From an uncultured virus (IMG/VR IMGVR_UViG_3300031521_000020) (lineage: Duplodnaviria > Heunggongvirae > Uroviricota > Caudoviricetes), in IMG/VR virus record IMGVR_UViG_3300031521_000020: a stretch of DNA of 56,245 bases. One strand, 5' to 3'. Positions 20,595 to 31,005 of this stretch are shown here, piece after piece. The notes under the pieces were generated by a model. It saw only the letters and a list, made by a program, of their open reading frames with translations, searched no databases and was not told where the DNA came from. Made by a program: the position numbers and the translations under genes. The first letter of the stretch is position 1, and each line of letters opens with the position of its first letter.

Positions 20595-20846
20595 TTAAAT
20601 AATTGGTGGTGTGAACATACGTTTTAATTCCTCATTTTGCTCGTGCCAATTATTTAAACTCTTCATTAATAACTCCAACACATCACTACTCATATTGGTA
20701 ACGTTATATGCTTCATAAACACCATCAATCAAAGCAATACTTTGTGTTCCATGTTGACCAAGTTTATTGGATAAAGTTATGTATTTAATCAAAGATTTTG
20801 CAATATTTTTCTTTGCTGTTGTAAGTTGTTCATATTCGGTCTTCAT
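20595..20846 (-). CDS. hypothetical protein
   Basis: stop in promoter TTAA. Confidence 0.8.
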   Translation of the reverse strand: MKTEYEQLTTAKKNIAKSLIKYITLSNKLGQHGTQSIALIDGVYEAYNVTNMSSDVLELLMKSLNNWHEQNEELKRMFTPPII

Positions 20847-20869
20847 AACAATGTACTTATTTATTTAAG

Positions 20870-21094
20870 TTAAAACTTTTTAAACTCCTGTAATTCTTCA
20901 ATAGCAATCTTTTTATTAAATTGCATTAACGCACCATATATTAATCCCATAAGGAAAGTATATCTTAACATATCATCAAAAGAATATAATTGAATTAGTT
21001 CCTGTAATTCTTTTAAATCACCACCATCTTTTGATTCTATAGCCTTATCAATAATATAATTATAAAACTTCATCTCATTTTCACGTGAATTCAT
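20870..21094 (-). CDS. hypothetical protein
   Basis: ORF after promoter 21135. Confidence 0.8.
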   Translation of the reverse strand: MNSRENEMKFYNYIIDKAIESKDGGDLKELQELIQLYSFDDMLRYTFLMGLIYGALMQFNKKIAIEELQEFKKF

Positions 21095-21175
21095 ATATCT
21101 GTTTTTTATTTGATTAAATAATTAATTGATAGTGTAAAGATAAGCTTTAACTATGATATATGGAAATAGAATTTA

Positions 21176-21535
21176 TTAAAAATATTCAACCAAAACAAAT
21201 CCTTCGGCTTCATATTCCTTGATAGCTTTTATAATTTCCGATTTGTAAATATTTCTATCACTACAACAAAATATTTCATCATCAACAAATATTTCAACAT
21301 GAAAATGAAATACAGATGTAATTACTAATTTGAATTTTTTTACATTTGCTGTTGGTTCTTTATTCAAAAAATTAGTTGCTTTATGGTAATCATAAGCATC
21401 TTTGATTGAATCAAATTCCAAACGATAAGAATCATGAGTACACGTTTCAAATCTTTCAGTTCCTTTGATTTTATAAATCTGAATATCCAACGCATTCAAT
21501 TCACGGGTCATTTCTAAATCTGTTTTCATATTCAT
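21176..21535 (-). CDS. hypothetical protein
   Basis: start moved out of promoter 21574. Confidence 0.8.
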   Translation of the reverse strand: MNMKTDLEMTRELNALDIQIYKIKGTERFETCTHDSYRLEFDSIKDAYDYHKATNFLNKEPTANVKKFKLVITSVFHFHVEIFVDDEIFCCSDRNIYKSEIIKAIKEYEAEGFVLVEYF

Positions 21536-21614
21536 ATGTTTTAATTGGATAAATATTTGTTTTAATTGATACACAAAGATAATACTTAACAGTGATATAC
21601 CGAAATGAAATTTG

Positions 21615-21915
21615 TTAAAATGTTATCAACATTACTCTTGTCTTTGAAGTTTTTTCTTCAATCCAAATGTGTGAACCACTTTTACTAACATCAAACGATG
21701 GTAGCATATCTTGTAATTCCTTATTAACTATAGTTAAAACAAAATTCTCAATAGTGGTAGTATTAGCAAATTCTTTTGATGTTTTATCACCCATACAATC
21801 ATTCTTATTTTCTTAAAAAAATATAATCCCCATTATTATTCCAAAATGCTATTTCGTTTATGGGTTTACTTATTTCGCTCATATTTACCACTTGAAATAA
21901 TCTTGCTGTTCCCAT
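21615..21915 (-). pseudogene. probable 99-aa gene split by one extra base near 21813-21821
   Basis: 301 nt from ATG to TAA; removing 1 nt gives an open frame. Confidence 0.45.
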
Positions 21916-21919
21916 ATAT

Positions 21920-22237
21920 TTATTTTAAATTTTCTAATTCAGTTACAACACTTTTCAATTCTTCTAAATACTTTGTAAAGTCCGCAACACTTTCGCTGAT
22001 AGTAAAAGAAGTTTTATAACTTTTATCTTGTCGGTACAAATCAATTTCTTCATCTATATTAAAATCATTAACATATTTAATGAATTCTTCTATTGAGAAT
22101 GGTTGAAGTGTAATAATCATATCTACACCGCCATCTGTCCAACTTTCAATTTCTGCACATTGTTGATTATCCTGTTTAAATAACTCAACATTATATTCAT
22201 GTTCCTCAAAAAACTTTTTTAATTTAGTTGTTGTCAT
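21920..22237 (-). CDS. hypothetical protein
   Basis: co-oriented ORF. Confidence 0.8.
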   Translation of the reverse strand: MTTTKLKKFFEEHEYNVELFKQDNQQCAEIESWTDGGVDMIITLQPFSIEEFIKYVNDFNIDEEIDLYRQDKSYKTSFTISESVADFTKYLEELKSVVTELENLK

Positions 22238-22263
22238 ATATACTTATTTTATTATTTGTTTAG

Positions 22264-22277
22264 TACTCAATTGAGTA
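22264..22277. repeat. TACTC-N4-GAGTA palindrome 4
   Basis: TACTCAATTGAGTA, intergenic. Confidence 0.85.
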
Positions 22278-22283
22278 TGTTAA

Positions 22284-22874
22284 TCAATATTTTAAATCAA
22301 TAATTTGTTTATCAAAAAAACTCTCAATTTTTTTAACCTCGTTCAGTTTATTCAAACATATAATAAGCTTTAAATAATTTTCTTTTCTATTTAATAATGC
22401 TAATTCATTATAATTGTTATTCTGAAAATCCAACCTTTTAGAATTATTCTGAATAAATGCACCATCGGATAATTTAACTAAATCAATATATGAACCAAAA
22501 CTAAAAGATAGTGAGAAAGATTTAATACCACCTATACGACCATCAAATAGTCTTTGATCGTAATTTTCCATATGAAATACAATTGCTGAATTTCCATACC
22601 CACTTCTAACATCACTAACGCTAACTTCATTTTCTGATAATGGTACAATCCAATATGCAGACCACGTAAAACCTGCAGTTCTTGTATTACCATCGTCTAA
22701 AAAATCTTCATTTTCTTCTCTGAAAATTTGAATTTCGGGAAATTTTAATGCATGATATTTAAAAAAATATTCCATAAAGTTAGATATTCCTTTATTATAT
22801 CTAAGAAAAGTTTCGTACATTTCTTTACTTAAATTTTTAACTTCGTTCAATGCAACTCTGTCTTTCATTTTCAT
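22284..22874 (-). CDS. hypothetical protein
   Basis: ORF after promoter 22923. Confidence 0.85.
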   Translation of the reverse strand: MKMKDRVALNEVKNLSKEMYETFLRYNKGISNFMEYFFKYHALKFPEIQIFREENEDFLDDGNTRTAGFTWSAYWIVPLSENEVSVSDVRSGYGNSAIVFHMENYDQRLFDGRIGGIKSFSLSFSFGSYIDLVKLSDGAFIQNNSKRLDFQNNNYNELALLNRKENYLKLIICLNKLNEVKKIESFFDKQIIDLKY

Positions 22875-22920
22875 AATGTGTGTATGTTTTATTTGTTTAA
22901 TTATTTATTTTTGATTACCC

Positions 22921-22975
22921 TACAAAGATACTGTTTAACGTTGATATATAGAAATGGAATTTGTTAAATTAATTA
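22921..22975 (-). repeat. 55-bp promoter duplicated at 40438-40492
   Basis: Identical copies. Confidence 0.9.
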
Positions 22976-22979
22976 TTAA

Positions 22980-23225
22980 TTAATTATAAACGCTCAAACT
23001 AACCCACTCATCAGACGAACGTACTTCAATATCCATATTCCCAAATTCAGCGATTAACATCTTTTTGATACGATAGCCCTCATTAAAATCTGCATCCCCA
23101 CTATGACCACCAAAAGAATGTTTTCGTGTACTAAAGAACACTTCATCAACATCGTTTGAATTTGGTTTAAAATATGAATTTCTAATAACAAAATTTTTAA
23201 TGTTGATTTTTAAATTTTTGTCCAT
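22980..23225 (-). CDS. hypothetical protein
   Basis: co-oriented ORF. Confidence 0.75.
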   Translation of the reverse strand: MDKNLKINIKNFVIRNSYFKPNSNDVDEVFFSTRKHSFGGHSGDADFNEGYRIKKMLIAEFGNMDIEVRSSDEWVSLSVYN

Positions 23226-23244
23226 GATGATTATTTTTATTTGT

Positions 23245-23430
23245 TTATCCGATTAGTGTTTCGTATTCTTCAATGGTAATATTACCCTCTTGCAGATTGA
23301 TTTTGGCTCTAATGATTTCAATTAAATCATCCACTGCATCACTATCCAAAGGTTCATTTTCAAAACCATCTTTGTACTCTTCAATTATAGGTAATAATTG
23401 TTCAATCCAAGTATTCATTTTTTTACTCAT
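23245..23430 (-). CDS. hypothetical protein
   Basis: co-oriented ORF. Confidence 0.7.
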   Translation of the reverse strand: MSKKMNTWIEQLLPIIEEYKDGFENEPLDSDAVDDLIEIIRAKINLQEGNITIEEYETLIG

Positions 23431-23450
23431 AATAATTTATTTTTTTGTTG

Positions 23451-23663
23451 TTATTTTATTGGGTGAATATTACCCATTTTAATTAATTCATCGAGACCTA
23501 AGATACATTCTTTTTTTGTATCAATTAAATCATCAGCACAACCATCAATCTCAACATACCAATAATATTTATTATCTTCTTCATGGTATATTCTTACTAT
23601 ATTAACATCTTCAATAAAACCAACAACCTTATAATATCCTGCACATAATCTTTTAATTTTCAT
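23451..23663 (-). CDS. hypothetical protein
   Basis: ORF after promoter 23691. Confidence 0.75.
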   Translation of the reverse strand: MKIKRLCAGYYKVVGFIEDVNIVRIYHEEDNKYYWYVEIDGCADDLIDTKKECILGLDELIKMGNIHPIK

Positions 23664-23731
23664 AATTATATTTTAATTAAATTGATAATACAAAGATACT
23701 ATTTAACATTAATATATCAAAATGAAATTTA

Positions 23732-23977
23732 TTAAAGAATATTTATATGATTTAAACAACGATCTTTACAGTTAACACTTGATTCCATATCACTCAAATA
23801 GTGAGCAAACTGCTTTTTAGCTTTCTTACCATTTTTCAAAATCCTTGCAAATTGAACCACATTATCCTCTCTGATAGTAACAACGTACTTACACCCATCA
23901 TCCAATCCTTTAAGCATAACCCATCCAACAACTTCGAATTTCGTACCCACTGAAAAAATTACATTATCATTTTCCAT
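23732..23977 (-). CDS. hypothetical protein
   Basis: stop in promoter TTAA. Confidence 0.75.
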   Translation of the reverse strand: MENDNVIFSVGTKFEVVGWVMLKGLDDGCKYVVTIREDNVVQFARILKNGKKAKKQFAHYLSDMESSVNCKDRCLNHINIL

Positions 23978-23980
23978 AAT

Positions 23981-24283
23981 TTATATTTTTGCTAATTGAA
24001 TTAAAACACCATCTTGCAAATTAGTCGTTACTTTTTTTGTACCCACAATAACCTTTAAATAAACAACTGTATTAATATTTTCATCAATCCAATTTCGTTT
24101 AAATCTTTTTAGTGTTGTAATTTCAATTGTATATTCAAAATCCTCAACGTGTACCCTTTTATTTGGCTTTTTAAATCTATTATAAACAGCTAAAAATGTT
24201 TGTCCATTCAAAAGAACATAATACATCTGTTTAGGGTTATAATGTTCATTAAAAGTATAATAATCAGGTTTAATTGTGCTCAT
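23981..24283 (-). CDS. hypothetical protein
   Basis: ORF after promoter 24317. Confidence 0.8.
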   Translation of the reverse strand: MSTIKPDYYTFNEHYNPKQMYYVLLNGQTFLAVYNRFKKPNKRVHVEDFEYTIEITTLKRFKRNWIDENINTVVYLKVIVGTKKVTTNLQDGVLIQLAKI

Positions 24284-24324
24284 ATTTTTACTTGTTTTTT
24301 AATTAATTTGATAGTACAAAGATA

Positions 24325-24356
24325 AAAAAAAGGATTCACTTTCGCAAACCCTTTTT
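24325..24356 (-). terminator. Intrinsic terminator embedded in promoter
   Basis: GGGTTTGC-GAAA-GTGAATCC followed by T run. Confidence 0.7.
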
Positions 24357-24431
24357 GTTAATTTTATAAATATAAAAACCCCATTATATATTTTAGCGAA
24401 TTAGTACTTAACATTTCTGTTGCATCCTTTC

Positions 24432-24788
24432 TTAATCACATTTTATATAATGGAGTTTAATAAATTCCTCATACAATTGTTCATTTGTTAAATCACGTCC
24501 GTCTGAAACATTTTCATCACACCAAGTTTTGAATGTAATTGCTTCTTTTTTTATTTTAATGGCTATTTCATCTTCGAACAATGTTTCGGGAACATCATCT
24601 TCCGTTTTATACATATCAATTAAAGTATAAGCACCTATAGAATCAACAAAACTATATCCGTTCATTTCATCAACAACATATTTTTTAGGTTCTTCAATAG
24701 TATCATTAATACAATTCCACATTTCAACCAATGTTTCACAAACAAAAACATCATCACCAATTCTACTTACCAAATGAAATTTTCTCAT
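24432..24788 (-). CDS. hypothetical protein
   Basis: co-oriented ORF. Confidence 0.8.
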   Translation of the reverse strand: MRKFHLVSRIGDDVFVCETLVEMWNCINDTIEEPKKYVVDEMNGYSFVDSIGAYTLIDMYKTEDDVPETLFEDEIAIKIKKEAITFKTWCDENVSDGRDLTNEQLYEEFIKLHYIKCD

Positions 24789-24808
24789 AATATAATAATG
24801 TATTTATA

Positions 24809-25072
24809 TTAATAATCTTGACTGTTTAATTTATGATTAATATCATAAAGACTTGTAATTTTACCTTTTTCCTCATTGTCAGGTAACATTTTAATAATCT
24901 TTTTATACGCTGCAACATCCTGTACATCCATATCAACCTCACCATTGTGAACATGTAACCACCATAGAATAGTTTGAATATTTTTAGTATTCAATTTGAT
25001 ATTAATATCAAACGATGGATTAAATTTATTAAATTCTTTATTTAAAGGCTCTCCAAGTGTATTTATTTCCAT
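24809..25072 (-). CDS. hypothetical protein
   Basis: co-oriented ORF. Confidence 0.75.
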   Translation of the reverse strand: MEINTLGEPLNKEFNKFNPSFDINIKLNTKNIQTILWWLHVHNGEVDMDVQDVAAYKKIIKMLPDNEEKGKITSLYDINHKLNSQDY

Positions 25073-25082
25073 AATTATTTAG

Positions 25083-25283
25083 TTAAAAACTACCACTAAT
25101 TTTAATTGTTTTGTAAATACCATTACTCATAATACAAGCTTTTCTTACTTCATTATTTTCTTCTTCATCACTTGAACAATATCCACACGAATGTTGATGA
25201 ACTACTTCCTGTGTATCACAATCAACTGTTGTAAACTGTTGGTACATATCATCACTCGTAACAATTACAATATATTTTTTCAT
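25083..25283 (-). CDS. hypothetical protein
   Basis: co-oriented ORF. Confidence 0.7.
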   Translation of the reverse strand: MKKYIVIVTSDDMYQQFTTVDCDTQEVVHQHSCGYCSSDEEENNEVRKACIMSNGIYKTIKISGSF

Positions 25284-25295
25284 TCATTAAAGTTT

Positions 25296-25457
25296 TTAGG
25301 CAATGGTTATTACCATTTCTTCTATTTCATTTGGGTTACAAATATGTTTAACATCTAATCCAAAAGCTAATCCTCTTTTTATTGCTGCTTCAATATGTTC
25401 AATATCAAAACCATTATCGGGAATGATAAAACTTACAACTACTACTTTCTTTTCCAT
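25296..25457 (-). CDS. small hypothetical protein
   Basis: start moved to MEKKV. Confidence 0.7.
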   Translation of the reverse strand: MEKKVVVVSFIIPDNGFDIEHIEAAIKRGLAFGLDVKHICNPNEIEEMVITIA

Positions 25458-25480
25458 AACGATTGTTTTATTTTGCTTAA

Positions 25481-25708
25481 TTACCAATTTTCAACATAAT
25501 TATCTTGACATACAAAACAATGTCCTTCTTTTCTTATACAAGGATTAATAACATCATCATCTGATTCATCAATAACAAACATTTGGTCTTCATAAGATTT
25601 TGACCAATTTTTACCTGTTTGTTTAATCATTCGTTTTACTTCTTCATCTGCAAATTCTTCTCGAATTTGTCCGATATTGTGAGACATTTCAGTTATTAAT
25701 GTTTTCAT
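25481..25708 (-). CDS. hypothetical protein
   Basis: ORF after promoter 25743. Confidence 0.75.
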   Translation of the reverse strand: MKTLITEMSHNIGQIREEFADEEVKRMIKQTGKNWSKSYEDQMFVIDESDDDVINPCIRKEGHCFVCQDNYVENW

Positions 25709-25783
25709 ACGATTATTATTATTATTGTTTTAAATTGTATTACAAAAGTAGTGAATTTAATTGATTGGCTGAAATGAAATTTG

Positions 25784-26146
25784 TTAATTTAATTCGAATT
25801 CTACTCTTCTCACATAAATATAATGGTCTGACCAAATTTCTTCATTTGTAAATTCAATAGGGCAAACGTGATAATTAATATTATCAAAAGGTATATCATC
25901 TTCAAAATCTACATCTTCAAAATCATTCCCATCAACAATACAAATACTACCATCTGATAATTTGATTTCTGTACCATCAGGTATTAAAATTGATTCAGCA
26001 TCTTCATCTGAAATATCAAAACTGCTTTCGCATTCAGGACAAACGGTATAAAAAGCACAATCATCTTCTAATTTATCATATCCCCAACTTGTTAAAACAA
26101 ATTCATGTCCGCAATTTAAACAGTTTACAAGCGTTTCTTTTTTCAT
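25784..26146 (-). CDS. acidic Zn-ribbon protein
   Basis: CLNC...CPEC. Confidence 0.8.
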   Translation of the reverse strand: MKKETLVNCLNCGHEFVLTSWGYDKLEDDCAFYTVCPECESSFDISDEDAESILIPDGTEIKLSDGSICIVDGNDFEDVDFEDDIPFDNINYHVCPIEFTNEEIWSDHYIYVRRVEFELN

Positions 26147-26227
26147 ATAATATTATTTTAATTGATTTATTAATTTAATTCATACACAAAGATACGGTTT
26201 AACTTTGATATAATGAAATGGAATTTG

Positions 26228-26563
26228 TTAAATAATTGTTTTAAGATATTTAACAACTTCGGGGTTTAAACGAACACTTCTATTACCATCCCTTACAATA
26301 CTTGTTTTAATTATAGTATTTAAACTATTTTCAAAGTTGGTAATTTCACACGTTTTAAGATATTTAATGATAAGTTTATATTGATGTTTATAATCATGGT
26401 ATTCAGGAGAAAATGGCTTTCCTATTATTTGACTTGAATTAATAATAAAGCAATTAGAATCACTATCTAAACGCTTTATATTTGCATTGTCGGGTAGTTC
26501 ACTTATTTTAGTGTATAACTGCTCTTTAATAGCTTCTATTTGACTAATAAGATCTTTTATCAT
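26228..26563 (-). CDS. hypothetical protein
   Basis: stop in promoter TTAA. Confidence 0.8.
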   Translation of the reverse strand: MIKDLISQIEAIKEQLYTKISELPDNANIKRLDSDSNCFIINSSQIIGKPFSPEYHDYKHQYKLIIKYLKTCEITNFENSLNTIIKTSIVRDGNRSVRLNPEVVKYLKTII

Positions 26564-26760
26564 AATGAATCTGCATTTATTTTTATAACTAAACCATATA
26601 ATACACCAAAACCATCAACAATTTCAAAATGTTCTTTTTTAACTAAATTCAAAATAGAATTTTCTTCATCCTTTGAAAGAACACCAACGATATTTGGACA
26701 AAAGAACACACTACACATATAAGAATCCACATTGAATAGGTCGTATTTTATCTGCTTCAT
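26560..26760 (-). CDS. hypothetical protein
   Basis: ATGA-coupled to next gene. Confidence 0.7.
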   Translation of the reverse strand: MKQIKYDLFNVDSYMCSVFFCPNIVGVLSKDEENSILNLVKKEHFEIVDGFGVLYGLVIKINADSL

Positions 26761-26772
26761 AATAATATATTA

Positions 26773-27054
26773 CTAAAATTTACAGCTAAATTTAACGCTT
26801 TCACCAAATTGTTCACGACTTCCTTTTCTACAACATTTTTCAGGTTTCAAACCACTTCCACATTCGCATATATCTAAACCGTAATGATTAACACAATGAT
26901 TACAAGCGTATGTAGAATGCATTTCATTACTATATTTCAAAGATAGTCCAAACTTCTTTAAGTTCTTTCTTTTTAGCGAATTGTTTTCACCGTTTTCAAA
27001 ATAAACGGTTACAGCCCCACAATTACAAAATGAATGGTCAACTATTTCTTCCAT
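26773..27054 (-). CDS. Cys-rich protein with SEC-C-like motif
   Basis: CECGSGLKPEKCC resembles CxCGSGKKYKxC(C/H). Confidence 0.7.
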   Translation of the reverse strand: MEEIVDHSFCNCGAVTVYFENGENNSLKRKNLKKFGLSLKYSNEMHSTYACNHCVNHYGLDICECGSGLKPEKCCRKGSREQFGESVKFSCKF

Positions 27055-27061
27055 GATGATA

Positions 27062-27304
27062 TTAGTTTTTACAGAGGTTATTTTCTAACGCAAATTTAAG
27101 CAATCCAATTGTACCGTCATGATAATTATTAAAACCTAAGTCTTCACCTGTTTTAATTAGCACATTGTCAATCCACAGTTCGCCACAACTTTTCTCTGCT
27201 TCTTTTGTTGAAAACCAACGAATTTCAGTATTACCCCAAAAAGTAGGATAGGATTGATAATATTTTCCATTATTCCAACTCCAAAATTTATAATTAAATT
27301 CCAT
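27062..27304 (-). CDS. hypothetical protein
   Basis: ORF after promoter 27341. Confidence 0.75.
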   Translation of the reverse strand: MEFNYKFWSWNNGKYYQSYPTFWGNTEIRWFSTKEAEKSCGELWIDNVLIKTGEDLGFNNYHDGTIGLLKFALENNLCKN

Positions 27305-27428
27305 AATTGTATTTGTTTATTTGTTTGAATTATTATAATGCAAAGATACGGTTTAACATCGACATATACAAACCAATTTTGTTAAATTATTTATCTTATT
27401 CAATATTGTACTTTTATCAATATTATAA

Positions 27429-27932
27429 TTAATTTATTAATTCAAACAAACCTGTTTTCTTTTCTATTTTTAAAACCCCACGTTTCAAAATATTTTTATC
27501 ATATTTATTTTCCAAAAATAGATAATTATCTGTATTCATGGTAGAAGATGCGTTGCAATAAAATTCATTTGTTTCAATATTGAAATAATCGGATTTGATA
27601 GAATAAATTACGCCACCCATTAAATAAGGGGAATTATATGGTTCAAAACAAACCTTTTCTTCACCTTTTTCATTTAAAATACACCACTGACTCTCAAGAT
27701 GCTTTGGTTTATTACTACCACTCATTTTAAGTATTTCTTTTGAATAAAACGCTTCAACGTATTTCAATAACATAATATATCCATCCTTAACTCTGCCGTC
27801 CCACATGCCTGTTCTGTAGATGGCATCATTTACTTTTTTACCATCAACATACAGATTAAAAAAATCCTTTGATGATTTGTTCCATTCTTTACGATATTCA
27901 AGTGATAATACAATAGGTTTTAATTCTAACAT
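27429..27932 (-). CDS. hypothetical protein
   Basis: 167-aa ORF. Confidence 0.85.
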   Translation of the reverse strand: MLELKPIVLSLEYRKEWNKSSKDFFNLYVDGKKVNDAIYRTGMWDGRVKDGYIMLLKYVEAFYSKEILKMSGSNKPKHLESQWCILNEKGEEKVCFEPYNSPYLMGGVIYSIKSDYFNIETNEFYCNASSTMNTDNYLFLENKYDKNILKRGVLKIEKKTGLFELIN

Positions 27933-27947
27933 AAGTTTATTTGTTTT

Positions 27948-28136
27948 TTATTTATAAGTAATAAAAATTTTATCAACATGCTCTGCATCAAAAATAGGCA
28001 TCATATGTTCATCTTTCATAATAAATTTAACAAACGGTTCAAATAATAATCCGTTTGGTGCTTTAATAACAATTTCTTTATCCTGTAAAGAATCTTTCAT
28101 TAAGCTTATTTCTGCAATAAATTCTCTTACTGTCAT
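27948..28136 (-). CDS. hypothetical protein
   Basis: ORF after promoter 28164. Confidence 0.75.
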   Translation of the reverse strand: MTVREFIAEISLMKDSLQDKEIVIKAPNGLLFEPFVKFIMKDEHMMPIFDAEHVDKIFITYK

Positions 28137-28200
28137 AACTTGTTTTAATTATTAATTGATATACAAAGATAGTCTTTAACAATGATATATGGAAATGAAA

Positions 28201-28413
28201 TTAGTTAAATATTTGGCTGTGTTTATGATATACACCAACTAATTGATAATAAGAGTCTAATTCGTTAAAATTCTCATCCATAAATTTTTCTGCTTCTTGT
28301 TCAGTATCAAATTTATGTGCATTTTCTAAATTTTTAGAAAATTCTAAACTCAAATCGATATATGAATAATATCGATTATTTTCAACATCTAATATTATAT
28401 ATTTTTTTTTCAT
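28201..28413 (-). CDS. hypothetical protein
   Basis: co-oriented ORF. Confidence 0.75.
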   Translation of the reverse strand: MKKKYIILDVENNRYYSYIDLSLEFSKNLENAHKFDTEQEAEKFMDENFNELDSYYQLVGVYHKHSQIFN

Positions 28414-28417
28414 ATTA

Positions 28418-28654
28418 CTATAGTTTTACATACCTTTTAAAAAAAGGATAATATACCCTCATTTCCATCCATGTACCTGAAATACTTATAAACGTAAACC
28501 AACTTGAACTAACATCCTGATTATACTTATATGGTTCACAAGCTTCTTTAAGTTGCTTTTCAGAATCCTTTGTAACATCAAAAGGAAAATCCTCATGTAA
28601 CCATTTTAATGTTTTTTTATCCCTGTATTCAACTCTTATTTTATCTACTACCAT
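28418..28654 (-). CDS. hypothetical protein
   Basis: ORF after promoter 28694. Confidence 0.75.
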   Translation of the reverse strand: MVVDKIRVEYRDKKTLKWLHEDFPFDVTKDSEKQLKEACEPYKYNQDVSSSWFTFISISGTWMEMRVYYPFFKRYVKL

Positions 28655-28753
28655 ATTATTATTTATTTAGATTGTATTAATTTGATTACAATGTAAAGAT
28701 ACGGATTAACATTTGATTATACTAATTGAATTTGTTAAATTTTAAAATTATTG

Positions 28754-28957
28754 TTAATCCCAATTAGCAAAAGGAATCTCAATCCAACGTTCACCATCAA
28801 CTTCACTAATGAAAGTAGAACAACTATCAAACCACATATATTCACGGTCTAAATACTTCCAAATACAACGAGTATACCTCACGTACAAATCCGATTCATG
28901 ATTATCAAATTCAGCATCGGGAAATATTAATTTTAGTTCTTTCTTTATTTCTGTCAT
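28754..28957 (-). CDS. conserved hypothetical phage protein
   Basis: DNHESDLYV...F.S..DG..W.EIPFA motif recalled from phage proteins. Confidence 0.8.
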   Translation of the reverse strand: MTEIKKELKLIFPDAEFDNHESDLYVRYTRCIWKYLDREYMWFDSCSTFISEVDGERWIEIPFANWD

Positions 28958-28962
28958 AACAT

Positions 28963-29280
28963 TTAATTTTGAATATTAAAACCTAATTTTTTAGCATCCG
29001 AAATTTTAACGTGAAATATTTCACTATCAGAAACAGTCCATTCAGCAATCATCCAATGATTACCTCCTGTTACATCGCAAAATTTTTCCCAACCACATGT
29101 TATTTTTATACATCCCAATGTGATAGGAACGGTTTTCTCTTCGATGACTATAGGTATTAAATTATATGCGTTAACCCATTCATCCTCACTCAACGCATCC
29201 ATACTATCATCATAGCCATATAATCTACCTGCTTTAAAAGCGTTTCTTAAATCCTCTTCCGTATATAATTTTTCTTCCAT
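28963..29280 (-). CDS. hypothetical protein
   Basis: YTEEDLRNAFKAG motif. Confidence 0.8.
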   Translation of the reverse strand: MEEKLYTEEDLRNAFKAGRLYGYDDSMDALSEDEWVNAYNLIPIVIEEKTVPITLGCIKITCGWEKFCDVTGGNHWMIAEWTVSDSEIFHVKISDAKKLGFNIQN

Positions 29281-29308
29281 GTTAATAAAGTATTTTTGAT
29301 TAATTAAG

Positions 29309-29322
29309 TACTCAAACGAGTA
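29309..29322. repeat. TACTC-N4-GAGTA palindrome 5
   Basis: TACTCAAACGAGTA, intergenic. Confidence 0.85.
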
Positions 29323-29691
29323 TCGTTGTTTCTAAATCAATTAAAAATTCATCTGTTAAATTTGATTTTCTGTTGTCGAAATTATTTCATTTCCTGTTTC
29401 TTCACACATAATTGTACCTTGAAGTTGTACAAAGTTTGCCCCTTTACGTTTACAATTATTTAATACTTCGATTAGTAAATCAATTTCAATATCTCTCATA
29501 GTATTAATATATTTATTATACGAAGTACTTAATGTTCTTAATATTCTTTTTCATTAGCTTTTCTTCTCATAGCCTTTGCTAATTCCATTTTTTTTATATT
29601 TTCCATAATCGATAAATTGTTTTATTTGATTTATTGTAATACAAAGATAGTCTTTAACATTGATATATACTAATGTAATTTGTTAAATAAT

Positions 29692-29928
29692 TTAATCACA
29701 CTCATTTTCATCAAATTTTGTTTTAGATTTATCAATAAAAAAATCATTTCCTATTATCATTGATATTGAATCTTTAAGTGATAAATTTGCAATTTCAACC
29801 TCTTCATTCTCATCAATATCCATGTTAATATAGTCTTTATAATCATCTACTAATTCTTGTTTTGATTTAGCATTATAGCCTGTAGCCATATATCTTTTAC
29901 ACTGTTTATCGTAAAGTCTGTAATACAT
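29692..29928 (-). CDS. hypothetical protein
   Basis: ORF after promoter 29984. Confidence 0.75.
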   Translation of the reverse strand: MYYRLYDKQCKRYMATGYNAKSKQELVDDYKDYINMDIDENEEVEIANLSLKDSISMIIGNDFFIDKSKTKFDENECD

Positions 29929-30002
29929 AATTTTATAGGTTTTAAATTGTTTTATTTGATTAAATTACTTTTAATTGATAGTACAAAGATACGGTTTAAC
30001 AT

Positions 30003-30347
30003 TCAATTATCAAAATGTAATTTGTTAATAGATTTATAACTTTTACTCAAACCAAAATTATTTTTATTATCTACTTTCAATTCTAAATAATTTGAAATTT
30101 CTTGTTTTTGTTCAACCGTTGTCATATTGGAAAACTCTGTAAAATCATAGAGTATAAACAATATAGAACGCCAAATATGCTCTACTTTTCTTTTTTGGTA
30201 TGCAGTACCATGACCAAAATATTTAACACCGTACAAGCCTAATTTAGAACATATTTCTTCATGTACTTCATCTGATTTTTTACCATGTCTCAAAAGTGCT
30301 AAACAAAATTGAGATGTCTTATAAGAACAAAGATTCATTGATTTCAT
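30003..30347 (-). CDS. hypothetical protein; C-terminus reads into next promoter
   Basis: start moved to MKSMN. Confidence 0.75.
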   Translation of the reverse strand: MKSMNLCSYKTSQFCLALLRHGKKSDEVHEEICSKLGLYGVKYFGHGTAYQKRKVEHIWRSILFILYDFTEFSNMTTVEQKQEISNYLELKVDNKNNFGLSKSYKSINKLHFDN

Positions 30348-30351
30348 ATTA

Positions 30352-30585
30352 TTATTTTTTAGGTTTAATAACTTCATAAGTACACTGAACACTTTTATTT
30401 AATATTTTAACATCTGCATTTAGCATGTATCTAACAGCCTTACCATTTATAAACAAAGTTGCATCGCCATTATAACCATCTCTTGATGCTCTAATGCAAT
30501 GCAACCAAAATAATGATATGCTTTCGTTTTCTTTTTTAATGAACGGATTGTTTAAATTACCAAATTGACACGCTACTGTATTCAT
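30352..30585 (-). CDS. hypothetical protein
   Basis: ORF after promoter 30619. Confidence 0.75.
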   Translation of the reverse strand: MNTVACQFGNLNNPFIKKENESISLFWLHCIRASRDGYNGDATLFINGKAVRYMLNADVKILNKSVQCTYEVIKPKK

Positions 30586-30667
30586 AATGTTTTTGTTATT
30601 ATTTGATTAATTATAATACAAAGATACTGTTTAACATTAATATATCAAAATGTAATTTGTTAATTTT

Positions 30668-30916
30668 TTAAAATTGTTTCAGACCACCATTTTCATCAGT
30701 GTTATATTCATAAGATAATAAATATTTCATTTGGTTCAATTCATTAACTGAAATATCAAAACAATCACAAACCTCTTCATCACAATACCGATTTTTACGA
30801 CTGTTGTTTGAATAATCATAGTCATAAGCCATTGTTAAAATCTCTTCAATTTCAGGTACTAAAAAGACTTTTTCGCCATTGTCTGATAATACGGATGCGT
30901 TTTTGTTGAATATCAT
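30668..30916 (-). CDS. hypothetical protein
   Basis: single-gene promoter cassette. Confidence 0.75.
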   Translation of the reverse strand: MIFNKNASVLSDNGEKVFLVPEIEEILTMAYDYDYSNNSRKNRYCDEEVCDCFDISVNELNQMKYLLSYEYNTDENGGLKQF

Positions 30917-31005
30917 AATACCACTTTTTTATATAATTAATTAAATTGTAATGCAAAGATAGTCATTAACATTGATATATCAAAATAGAATATGTTAAAT
31001 TATGT

